Below are positions 52,370 to 64,000 of a DNA stretch of 64,000 bases, piece after piece. The translations under genes and the position numbers were made by a program. This DNA comes from Haliotis cracherodii. Taxonomy: Eukaryota. A model generated the notes under the pieces. It saw only the letters and a list, made by a program, of their open reading frames with translations. It did no database searches and was not told the DNA's origin. The stretch covers positions 58,838,001 to 58,902,000 of the forward strand of contig NW_027266341.1 of the NCBI RefSeq assembly GCF_022045235.1. The letters run 5' to 3'. How positions within the stretch are numbered: the first letter of the stretch is position 1; each line of letters opens with the position of its first letter.

Positions 52370-54518
52370 ATGATATTGCTTGAATATTGCTAAAGGCTGC
52401 GTAGAACCATATTCACTCACGTTTTCGCTATCTCGTTCACCCTCTCACTTTTCTCTCTTTCACTCTCGCTTTCACTCTCTTACCTATCTTTAACTCTCTC
52501 TCACTCTCGCTTTCACTACCCCCCCCCCCCCCCCCCCCCTCTCTCTCTCTCGAACCTTATCTTCACATCTATCTCCATGTGGCGCAACATGCATGACGTG
52601 GGCACATTCAAATTATATACGAAACAAAATTAGTTATTTATAAGAAAAAAAGGGCAATTAACTAAGAAAAGCCAGTTGTTTGGATTCAACGTTACAGTTT
52701 AATTACAGATTATGAAGTGTTTACTATCTGTAATAGGATAGATAGTCATCATTTATTTATCTGTCGAGACGAACACGTGGCATAAAGGGAACCAAGCTGA
52801 TCAAAACCTGGGTTTTATTAAGACAAGATGGCCGCCAAACTCTAGGGAGCGTTCATTAATTAAGTGAAGATTTGTGTGTGTGTGACTGTAAACTGCAAGT
52901 ATCTGACATGTTTATGTACGCGAATGCGTCATGGGGGGAATTCAGTGCGAAGAACCAACAAACAGATTCTTATCTAGATGCACTGCGCATGGCGCGAAGG
53001 TTGTTATGGCTTCAAATGTTGTCGTTATGACCAATACGCCACGTCTGGGATGGTTAGGCCCCAACGTCTTACTGACCACGTTTAGATGACACATTTTACA
53101 TCACTTGGATTCATTTTTGCAGTTTCTTGTTTTCGATCATCACTAGGTCCTATTCCGTGTGTATTATTCCGGATCATTATAATAAAGATATGACGTTAAC
53201 CTATCAGGGTATGTCATGTACGGATTCCGTTATTTTCGTAGCGCTATGTTCTTCTTCTTTAAATGGTGCCAATGACTGTGTTTCCAATGTAACACTTTTT
53301 ATCCTCTTTATAGGATAATTGTCGTCTTCGTAGATTTTGTTTATCTTCTACGTAGGATTGTTTATCTCCAATGTGATAGTTTTTATCTTACCCGTAGCAC
53401 GTTATATCTTCTATTGGGATTGTTTGTCTCCAATGAGGGCGTTTTAATTTCACGTGCAGGGCGTTTTTTATTCTATGAAGGATTCTTATCGGTTCTGAAC
53501 GATTTTTTTATCTTCTCTATGTATGATTTTTGATCATTTATGTAAAACTTCTTCTTCTTCATCATCATCATCATCATCATCAATCTGTGTAGATTTCATC
53601 TGCCTCCTATGTACTATTGCTCGCTGACCTGTTTGATGCATGTCATCGCATCCCAATTGCATGGGCCGATGATCATGATGTAAATTACTGGATTGTCTGG
53701 TCCAGACTCGATTATTTACAGACCGCCGTCATATAGCTGGAGTATTTCTGAATGCGGCATTAAACAACAAACAAACAAACACACAAATCCTATGTACTAT
53801 TACGTTGCTAAACATTCTCATACTGTGCACGACTACAACGAGATGACCTCACGTGACTTATATTCCCCATATTCTCTGACCATAGCACATTAACACATAT
53901 TGCTTCCCTCTGCGTGACACTTGTCTGAAAATATGTCAAGCATGTGACGCCTTCGATCCCGTCCTGACATTCCCACGCACGTTACAGATTCCAGGACAGT
54001 TCCACTGCGTGAAATGTCTGCTATGCTATACATGCACAATGTACCGAAATCCCGTCCAAATTGGATTCAAACAACAGCCATATGTGAATATGCAAGGTCA
54101 TCGAATGGCCACAGTAGCAACAAAGTGTTTTCACAGATTTTGTATAATTCCAAAAATTGTTTATCGGAGCTAATGCTTTTTACAGAGGAAGAACTTACCT
54201 ACATGCATTGTGTCATCTTTTCTAGGCTATACTACTTAAGGAAGCCAGCTGTTCCTTATAGAAAAATGAATTAAAGTATATTTTTCTGAAATTACCAGAC
54301 CCTTTAAACTGTAGTGTTCAGATGAAGGTATTTTAATGTATATTTACCTAATACACTAATGGAAAAAACCAAACTGGGACCACGTGGAAATAATGCATGT
54401 ACATTGTACATTCCTGAACTGTCTACAGCACCACCCAAGAGTCTAAGAAAATGTATGGAAGCCCTGACGCGTCATCGTCGAGTTTCCCATGGATATATGC
54501 GGACAAAGCCAGCTTGCT

Positions 54519-54683
54519 TAGTCCGTTATACAGACCCTGAAACAAATATATCTAACACAGCCCATGCAAGTCTAGATTACTGCAGTGTCTGAAAATGAAG
54601 AGACTCTCGGCTCCTTTTTATTATATTCCATAACTATAATTTAGCAGCTGTTATATTCATTTCAGAGACTAGGTGTTAGTCTA
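54519..54683. mobile_element. Older copy of the ~200-bp AcademH-like element
   Basis: Homologous to the 35213 and 61847 copies; TSD degenerate. Confidence 0.7.
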
Positions 54684-54992
54684 CCGTCTTGCAGTAATCT
54701 CTGTGTTTGTACACAGTTGTGTCATGGAGTCAGAAGCAACACAAGCATCTTACTGTCGCTGGAATTGTTCTAACTAAAAATCATTTGAAAAATCCCCGAC
54801 GTATTGTGTCTGATCTTCTTAGCAGTGTGAGATGCTGCATGCCAGGCTGGAACTTTGAATCCCTACTTACAGGAAATAAGGAGTGACGGATTGTGTTTTA
54901 TGTCGAAAACAGAAATGTTCGAGGTGTATCGCGACGCGTCTTCCCGTGGCAAGCATGTCCATTAGCCTGTATCAAAGCCTAGTTTGGAAACA

Positions 54993-55146
54993 GTGAGTGT
55001 GTGAGTATAGTTTAACGTTGCTTTAAGCAATATTCCAGCAATATTACGGCGGGGGACAGCAGAACCACATGTACCCATGTCGGGAATCAAACCCGGGTCC
55101 TCGGCGTGACGAGCGAACGCTTTAACCACTAGGCTACAAGACCCCG
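54993..55146 (-). mobile_element. SINE family B with TSD gtttggaaaca
   Basis: Direct reading. Confidence 0.85.
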
Positions 55147-55427
55147 GTTTGGAAACAAGACTTTGATAGAAAGGCTAGAGGACGCTCTTGCCACGGGAAG
55201 ATGATCGCGGCGGTAATTAAAATTGAAAGTTGATGTCAAACCAGTGTTTGGTCGAATGCTCAACCATCCACACAGGACGCACTTTTAGGGGTGTGGGGGT
55301 TTGGTTGGGGTTTGGGGTGGGGGTTGAATATGAAACCAGCAAGTGAAAGAATGTTGTTTGACATTTAACACCGCACGAAGCGGTATTCTAGGCATATCCA
55401 GACGGCCTGCAAACGATTTACGACATA

Positions 55428-55602
55428 CAGTAAACAACGGTTATAACGAACACGCTTATAACGAACTGACGGATATAACGAACTTACTTTTTAGTCCCGA
55501 CTATTTGCTGTGGTTATGCTGTATTTACGCTTATAACGAACTACGGTTATAACGAACTAAAAATAGTAGTCCCTTTGAGTTCGTTATAACCGTAGTTTAC
55601 TG
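55428..55602. mobile_element. pogo/Tigger-type MITE
   Basis: TA-CAGTAAAC...GTTTACTG-TA with repeated TATAACGAAC motifs. Confidence 0.85.
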
Positions 55603-57333
55603 TATAGGTTACGATGGCTTGTAACCTCCCGATCCCCATTACTCGGCTATATCAACATACGTCGGTTACTGGGGACATATTCTGCCAAAGAATCCACTCG
55701 GGGTACATGTAATTAAATGCCACAAAACCCTTTCAATATTCATAAGAACTCTCTGCCAAAAGCAGAGTCGATTGTACGATTCCGACTACATCATGAGCAT
55801 GTGTTTATGAATCACTATCAAATAGTGATAATACAAGGTGTTCGCGAAAAGGTGAGCGTATCCTACCCCATCGATGGCACCCGCCACAAACACATGCAAA
55901 GGCAAGTCAATTGTTCACCTAAAAAACACGGGAACATGTAGTACGAGTCAAAAAAGGGAAATGGATCAGACATTATTCTTGTTACTGATGCGTCAAATTT
56001 GGAAATGCCCCCCACGTGTCTACCATAAAACGTTTTTTAAATGTTTACTGAGGCCTTGGTTGTTGTAATCTACATCAAAAAACTTCTGAGCGAGAGTTGT
56101 ATGACGCTCGTAGAAATTTTGGGATGCGTTTCACTTAATCAGAAACGATAATGTTGATTTAAACTTCTTTGAAATGTTTTTCCCGAACACCTGAGGACAG
56201 TCAGTTTTCACACAGGCACGCACGCGCGCGTGCCACACACACACCAAGAGCATATCAAGTGGGCGGCCCCTACCTGAATTTCCAGGTTTAAGCAGAAATG
56301 TATATACTAGATTCAAGACAAATGTAAAATATTAAATTTCCCGACTCCTGCTTGACAAAGCGATCTTCGCTCGACGAACGATTACCGTAAGTATATGTTG
56401 CAATATGAGAGGTATGACCCTCGTAGCGCTAGGACCCATATGTGTTTCGGGTCTCAGTCTGCGATCCATGGTGCCTTCCATAAGCTCTGTTTTACGGTGT
56501 CTAGATATCCCCCACTACGTGCTTCCCAGTTCCATGTAATTGCAGCTAGAGACAATGATACTAAATCACCAGGAATGCCTGACCAGAAGACATCGGGTTC
56601 ATAGAAATACGCCAGGTGCGACATGGCTGCTAATACGCACCCACTTACGCCAAACCATTAAACAGGCTTCCATTACACGCAAGTGAGCGGAAAAAACACA
56701 CTTGCTCCTGTTGGGGTAAATTTTGATATAAAACCCTGAAATTGGATTCTAATTGTCTTGAAACAAACGATACGACCAAGTTTCACCAATCTATACACAT
56801 AGAAGCAGGCACTGAGTCATAAATCATGTGGACAGCGACCCCTGGGTTTGGGAGAACAATAGAACAGCGGGGACATCGGTCGTTTATACCTATGTCGCGT
56901 GGCTATATAAAATGCGGCTCTAACTCATAATGAAAGGGTTGGGTGATTTCAAATGGATGCAATTGTTCACGCGCGACTTAATCACAAGGGGAGCCTGGTC
57001 TTATGTTTTGGTTGGGTATTTTTATGAATGCATATTATGAATCAGAAAAATTGGGTGGTGATAAAATAGCGCATGTTAGGTTGACGCGGTGGTAAAAGAA
57101 CAGGATATACGAGCACGAGGGGTCGGGTGGGCTGCAGAGGAGGAGGTCCGTAGAAGCGTCAGACTTGGGGGTGGGGACACGGCTCGGCGGATTAATTCTT
57201 GAATAAATGTGGAAATCCTGTCGTTGGCACATGTTGCAGTGAAGAAACAACTTTTCTTGTACATTGGTGGAAACGGATTTGATTTTTTGTTTGCTTTGTC
57301 AGGAATTATTTTGTTTTGGCCTCTTTGTTTTTG

Positions 57334-58070
57334 AAGGCGTGACACAGGAAAAGTCACGTTGGGCTGTTGTTGGTCGCTGAATGTCACAAAGTGTTCTTGG
57401 GAATGTTGTGAATACGCATTGCATGAATAAATTCTCTAATGTGTTAAGAAAACGCGTGGTTTTCAAAATCACAAAAGATCGTCATGATGATAATAAACAA
57501 AACATGGTGAGTTAAATTATATTATGTATGAAAATATAATGATTTTTTTGTAACGAATTATCTTTTCAAAAGTAAGTGACACAGGAAGAACCACACAGGG
57601 TTGCTGTGCTCGCTGGGTGTCACAGGGTTCAACTCTCTGTCCAATGTTGTTAATACTGCATGAATAACTTTAAGTCTCGACATTGTTACAATAAAACAAA
57701 TCACGATTATTAACAGGATATGAAAACGCAAATCATGCCATGTATGATTATGCTTTGATTTTCTTGTCACAAATGAAATATTCACAAAGGCGTGACACAG
57801 GAAAAGTCAAACAGAGCTGTTGTTGGTCGCTGAATGACACAGAGTGTTCTTCCTCAAATGATGTGAATACGCCCTGCTTCACTAAATTCTCTAATTTATC
57901 AATAAAAACGGCTGTTCACAAAAATCACGGAAGGTTATAATAATAGTTAAAGACCAAGAATTGAAGAGCCAAATTATATTATGTATGATTATATTTTTCT
58001 GTCCCGAATGAAATATTTGAAAAGGCGTGACACAGGAAAAGTCAAGCGGGGCTGTTGTTAATCCGTGAAT
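57334..58070. repeat. Degenerate ~230-bp tandem repeat x3-4
   Basis: gtgacacaggaa(a)ag near 57339, 57576, 57792, 58027. Confidence 0.75.
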
Positions 58071-61000
58071 GTGCAGAAATGATGGTCACGCGTACCAGGT
58101 GAAAGTCGGCGTCGGGTTCCCGATCATCAATCACAACCTGTCTGCGTAATTATAGTATATAACTACCTGTTACCAAGGACAGAAATCTGTTGCCGTGAAC
58201 TCTGACCACTGTCCAAGAGATCCAAAAAGCACCTGTCGACAAAACACCTTGCTGACCACGATAAAGACTCCACGTCAACCCCTCGTGTGGTTTATGGCTC
58301 ATTTTGTTTGTATCGACGGACAATGCCCTCTATCTACCAAGAGCCCTGGAACAAATTTGGGGATACCTATCCTTCCGATAAGTGTGGATCAAGCATCAAA
58401 GTTAAATTTCATTTGCTTTTTAGCTCTGGCTTTGTGTTGTAACGGCAACTAGGCAAGTGGTTTTCCTATGGCGTATATTTGACACCCCTACCAGCTGCCC
58501 GCTACACACAATCAACCCATTACTTCCTGGACCATTATCAACAAAAAAACACATTGGCGGACTTTCCCCCGGATACCAATGCATACTACAATGCTATGAG
58601 CGTATAATAAACATTTAACACCTCCAATACAAAGAAACCACAAACTGGTGTGTATGCGCACTTCATATTGCGGAAATGCTTTCAATGAAATTTTTTGGGT
58701 TAAAAAACAACATTAACATACAAGTGAAGTGGAACATGGACCAGTTCAATGATAGTTCTTGAGATTAATCTCGTTTAAATACAGAACTACTGTTATAGGC
58801 ATTTTCACTCCGGAAACACATAACTTAGAAGACTGCCAATGGGAAATAACATCTTCTTAATTAATAAAAGTATTGCCAATAAAAAACAACAATCTCATTA
58901 ATGGATAAAAGAAGGTTTTTCACAGAAAACATTTCATTGTTATCACCAAGGCCATAAATGTGAAGATAGTGCAGCTTTCCCACAGGAATAAGTGTCCACA
59001 GTGTCCAGTGCTCTGGTCCGATCTTTGTTACAGTAGCGAGGGATGAATACAGGCTCCATATGTGTGCATTCAACATTGCCCTAGGATACAGTTTCTAAAT
59101 GTATTTGAACAATATTAACAAGCCATAGCCCTTTATTTAAAATGACTTCCTGTTTTCATAAAACAGAATTGGTCACCTCCATTTTAACCGATATTTTTTT
59201 ACAGATTTATTATTTCATTTACTATAATAACATAGATGACCCTTTGTTATTATCTATGTTGGTCTGGATAAGGTTTCTATGAAAATATTTTGAAAAATAT
59301 CAAATGTCAACAAATCTTAAAGAACAATTCGCTGAGATTTGTCTTCGCCGGGAATAAAGAAGCCATTTTTATGTTTTTCTATATAAGGTATAAAACATTC
59401 AGGTTTCTACCTCGGGGATAAATATAGTGTAAACATTACCCCGAAAACTGATACCACCATTGTCAAAGAAGAGGCGTCGGAAATATGTGTATATGGCCCT
59501 AATTCATATAGCAGATTCTTCCATAATATTTATTAAATAGACAACCAAATAAAAAAGTAATAAAGATCAATGCAATTTCCGTTTGGAAAAAAACGTATTG
59601 GGAATACCCTGAGGACTTTTCACCCGAATGTTACAGAAACAGAAACTAATATTTCTTTATGTGTGTTTATATGACATTAGCCTAGAATATGATTTCTATT
59701 TGTTTAACCGTACACCATACGCCCTCCATTCGAATCCATTCATATAGGCCTAGCTTCAACCCAACAACTCTGTCCATGGAGGAATAAATAGCCCGCCAGT
59801 GGCTGTATGCTGGACTTCATCAATACACATACTCTTTTCAAGGGGGAACTTCCCTTCACGAATCACACACAAAAGAATACCGAGTCTCAAGGCCACCCCG
59901 TTCGTGAAAACACCGACAAAGAAGGAATTATGTATATTCAGAAACGCAATGTCCTTGGTTTTCAAGACGAACATCCAAGTAACGTTTTTTTCAGACTTGG
60001 GTGTCATAAATCTTTGATCAAAGATCGTTGGCACAATTCCTGGCTTTTGTATCGAAATCAAAGAGATACACAGTTTGTGGATGATATTGAAAGAATGATT
60101 TATTTTGTAAATAGAACTCGTCGTACAGACAGTATGTAAAGTGCACTTCAGAAAGTGGCCAGGCTATACGTTACGATCGTGTCTGTCTGTCTTTCAAGCA
60201 TAAAACCGCTGACTAGCTTTCTTTGTGTAAATCCGTGGCGATTATATCTAAAATATTTCAAACACGTCCATAAAGGGATAATGCAACTTGCTAATGACAA
60301 AATCTGCTTTTGATGGAAATATTTCTCGACGTTTTAGATAGAAACTCTCGACTTTAGATAAAGAGAGCCATACTCCTACACTAAAACGCCGGCGGGGCTT
60401 TGATCCTGCGCGCGCTTACAAGCAGGAATCTCTTGTAAAGTTCAAGACAAACTGGGATGATTAATTCAAGAGACACTTTAACAATTATCAAGATAAACCA
60501 CAAATAAAATCAAGAGGTAAGCTTAAAAATTTTGTGGAACTACCCCACCTATCGATGTTTTACGATCAGGGCTAGAACTGATTTACCTGTGAGAATTTCG
60601 GGGTGGTTAATTCCGACAGGGGGCACCCAAGCCTATCTATTAATTCTACTATCTTTGTGCTTAACAGACCACTTCAAAGGAAGCCGACCGTCCATAGAGC
60701 ATTGAAGGAAATTCACTTTTTTTGTGATGTTTTTGCATTGGGTCAGTAATGCATAAAACGGTTTTCATAGAACCTTTAGTAGCACGCGGGCAAATAATAA
60801 AACGTTTTGTGCTTTAATGAAATTGTAAATTAATCAAGATCTATTTAATTGATAAGCGGTCAATTGTTGGACAAACTAACATTAGGACAATGAAACAACG
60901 GCGCGTGAATAATTTAACGAATTAGCGTATTGGGTTTAAATGTTTTATGGTACTTGTATCGCGGTTGTCTGTCGCGGTTTTGAGACGGTCTGACCGTATA

Positions 61001-61349
61001 CTAACACAAGTCATGAAACAAAGAGAAGGCATTTAATCCCCACTAACACTTCTTTCCCTTAACGTGCGAATGATTAGGGTGTAAATAGTCTACCTTGTCA
61101 CATCGGCGACTCTCGTTGTTATTGCTGGTCTCATGGGTATCTTTAAATAATTCACGTCAAGATTTTAAAGCCATTAAAATAGTTTTTATATCAATTAATT
61201 AAATGAAATTTAAAATTGCTTTTGGTATTATATGGAATAATGTGTCGTCTTTTACCTGAATCTTTTGACAGCGATTAATATTTGTAATGGGTCATTAAGC
61301 AAACCATTGTTGCTATTATCTTTATCGATATTGTTCCCAAAATAATTGA

Positions 61350-61602
61350 CGTTAGAGCCCGGAGAGCGGAAGGTCGGTCGTTCAATCCCTGTCAGCATCA
61401 TACCATTATACCAACGTCATAACATTATACACCGTAAAATATGGCACTTGTTGTTTCCCTGCCTTCCGTTCGTCATTAAGGGGCTAAAACAAGAACTGGT
61501 CGGACCGGAGTCAGTATACTGTGTCTGAGTAAGGTATTTATGTTAAACTGCGGCATAGTATCTCAGTGGGCTGTCACTATAAAACCTGCTAGTACAATGC
61601 AG

Positions 61603-61694
<92 letters not shown>

Positions 61695-62168
61695 CCCCTA
61701 GCTGAATTGTCAGGTGTAGATTACGACAGATCCGAAAGAAGTGTACAAAAAAATTCCAGAGGGTCTTGTTTGACATTGCGATCTTAGCTCAACGATGACT
61801 ATTAGAAAATCCATGTTTAAATATGGGAGGTATGACCCTCTTAGCGTAGTCTGTCTTACAGACCCTGATACATTTATATCAACTACAGCCCATGCAAGTC
61901 TATAATGTTTGGCAAGTCTAGATTACTGCAGTATCTGAAAATGAAGAGAATCACTGGGCTCCCTTTTTATTAGATTTTTATTAAGATAACTGAACAACTG
62001 TTTTTTTCTGTATGATATGTTCATTTCAGAGACTATATGTTAGTCTACTCTTAGCGCTAAGAACCTTTTGTGTTTCGGGGCCGAGTCTGTGATCCATGCT
62101 TCCTAACACAATCGCTAAGTGCAATAATCTCGAAGGCGACCTTAAACTCAATTTCACCACACCTCACC
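61350..62168 (+). mobile_element. SINE family A interrupted at its (CA)n tract by a composite insert
   Basis: SINE body at 61350-61691, tail resumes at ~62117. Confidence 0.75.
61847..62047. mobile_element. ~200-bp AcademH-like element
   Basis: TAGTCT...TAGTCTA ends, perfect 9-bp TSD ctcttagcg. Confidence 0.82.
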
Positions 62169-62403
62169 TACAGAAACACGTGTATTAATGAATCAACACA
62201 CTGTAGATGTATTGTGTAAGTCATGTATGTTTTGTTTGTTGTATAACGCCGTACACGGCAATGTTCCAGCTATATGAATGAGATACATGGAAATAATAGG
62301 GTGATTGATATTAAGAGCACGTCCCACGCCGCCAGGGTAAGATGATACGCCATCCTCAAAGTCACCGATCTATTCATAGTATCATCGTACGACATAGGTT
62401 ACA

Positions 62404-62573
62404 GTGAGTGAGTGAGTGAGTTTGGTTTTACGCCGCTTTTAGCAATATTCCAACAATATCACGGCGGGGGACACCACAAATGGGCTTCACACATTGTACC
62501 CATGTCGGGAATCGAACCCGGGTCTTCGGCGTGACGAGCGAACGCTTTAACCACTAGGCTACCCGACCGCCCC
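62404..62573 (-). mobile_element. SINE family B, intact, with TSD
   Basis: TSD gacataggttaca. Confidence 0.92.
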
Positions 62574-62592
62574 GACATAGGTTACACATCAG

Positions 62593-62701
62593 GGCCCTGT
62601 TCCACAAAGCGATCTTTTAGCGCTATGATTGTCGTAAGTCAGTGTTAAAGAATGGGAGTTACAAACGACTTAGCGCTAAGATCACTTTGTGGAACGGGGC
62701 C
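62593..62701. mobile_element. Intact 109-bp palindromic MITE with CAG/CTG flanks (Harbinger-like?)
   Basis: ggccctgttccacaaagcgatctt / aagatcactttgtggaacggggcc. Confidence 0.75.
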
Positions 62702-63093
62702 CTGGATTCGAACCCACAACCAGTATATCCTGGAGAGACTAAGGGAAACAACTCTGCGCAGCGAGTCAGAGATTGGGTGCACAGGAGACGTTAACACCAG
62801 AGAGTACTAAATCTCAATCTGAAAACATATCATGTTTATCTCCCACATATAAATCAGCGTAGCGTTTAACAGAATATGTCATTAGTTGCTTTGTCCTTCC
62901 AATAATAACAAGGTTGATGCTGAAATATACGTCTTTTTTAAAAATCAATGAACTGCAATCAATTTTGTTTTGTTAATATCATGATATACACCAACTTACA
63001 ACCTTAATCTGGGTCAGCCGCTGTAATGCTTGACGAGACGACATACTCTATGAAATATTTCACTGCAAAATACATTTCTCTCCTGTAAAATTA

Positions 63094-63432
63094 GACCGCC
63101 TCCGTGGTCTAGTGGTAGAGCGCGTCCGCCCGGAGAGCGGAAGGTCCGGGGTTCGCCTTCCGGCCGCGTCATACCAAAAGACGTTAAAAGATGGTACTTG
63201 TTGTTACCCTGTCTGGCGCTCGGCATTAAGGGGCTATAGCAAGGACTGGTCGGCTCGGAGTCAGTAGTCTGTGTCTTAGTGGGGTATTCATGTTAAACTT
63301 CGGCATTGTATCTCTGTGGGTTAGCACTATAAATCGTCATCAGTCGGGACTAGTACAAGCACACACGTGCATGCACGTCGCTATATAAGTGCAATAATCT
63401 TGGACGCGACATTAAACCCAATTTCACCTCAC
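63094..63432 (+). mobile_element. SINE family A, full-length reference copy
   Basis: A/B boxes, Meta-type core CATACCAAAAGACGTTAAAAGATGGTACTTG..., TSD ctcctgtaaaatta. Confidence 0.92.
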
Positions 63433-64000
63433 CTCCTGTAAAATTAAGACAGATAATTTTCCTGATGCAGATTTTGTAAGTGGGATAGAACTGGCTAGGG
63501 CTGGCTACATTTGCTTTTATATTAGTCCAGATTGGTTTTGTTTTCATCAAATACATATTCCACAGTCATCGTGTAGGACTATCTGTAGCTACTTCAAAAG
63601 ATGTTTTTATATTTCACCCTTTATACCAGAATCGCTCTGTTAACCGTTTTGGTCATTCAAAATTCAAACCTATATACAGATGAAAAGTAATTATGTTGTA
63701 AATGAAGATTAAAGGATTCATGATCTACGTCAGCAGGTACAGAGGTGTCAAATGGCGTTATAAATACATTCGATATGGCGCTGATGATGTACGGTAATCA
63801 TTATAAAAGGCCCATCAATACAGAAATCAAAGCGTTGCGATGTGTTTAATGGTAGCCGCGGTATGAAGTGTTTGTGCAACATGAATCATATTGACAGCTA
63901 CTGTAGACGTCAGTTTTTGATACATACTAGTTTATGTCTAGTTAGGCTTTTTTATGTGTTTTTATGTCACATGGGGTGAGTGGGAATTGATAGTCCTCTT

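Noticed and set aside
55288-55323. G-quadruplex or telomere-like G tracts
   Set aside because: Short low-complexity tract with no supporting context
59756-60139. Overlapping 70-110 aa ORFs
   Set aside because: No recognisable domain and no splice chain
60365-60385. PYSY-like peptide reminiscent of a forkhead start
   Set aside because: No continuation of a forkhead domain; FoxA is not within the window
62404-62573. tRNA gene calls for SINE heads
   Set aside because: No complete cloverleaf; fused to SINE bodies with TSDs

Overview
Eukaryotic, intron-rich, SINE-dense invertebrate DNA; the SINE repertoire suggests a gastropod mollusc such as abalone (inference). Left ~27 kb: the 5' part of one minus-strand multi-exon gene. 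I reconstructed 18 phase-consistent GT-AG coding exons by hand (25849 down to 2632; 2564 nt, ~854 codons). Several blocks match my recollection of the N-terminal half of TTC6, and the TPR-coding exons would lie left of the window. Right ~37 kb: no credible protein-coding gene, but several non-repeat, motif-dense blocks with many TCF/LEF-type sites. Human TTC6 lies head-to-head with FOXA1, so this desert may be a FoxA regulatory landscape. The window holds four SINE-like families that share one LINE-type 3' tail; one of them lacks a tRNA head and starts with a conserved structured RNA. Other repeats are AcademH-type elements with 9-bp TSDs (one with a RecQ helicase relic), several MITEs, a Penelope-like hammerhead relic and multiple minisatellites. 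Nearly all ORF-track entries are artefacts of repeats or read-through of exons. All calls are by eye; no database search was run.
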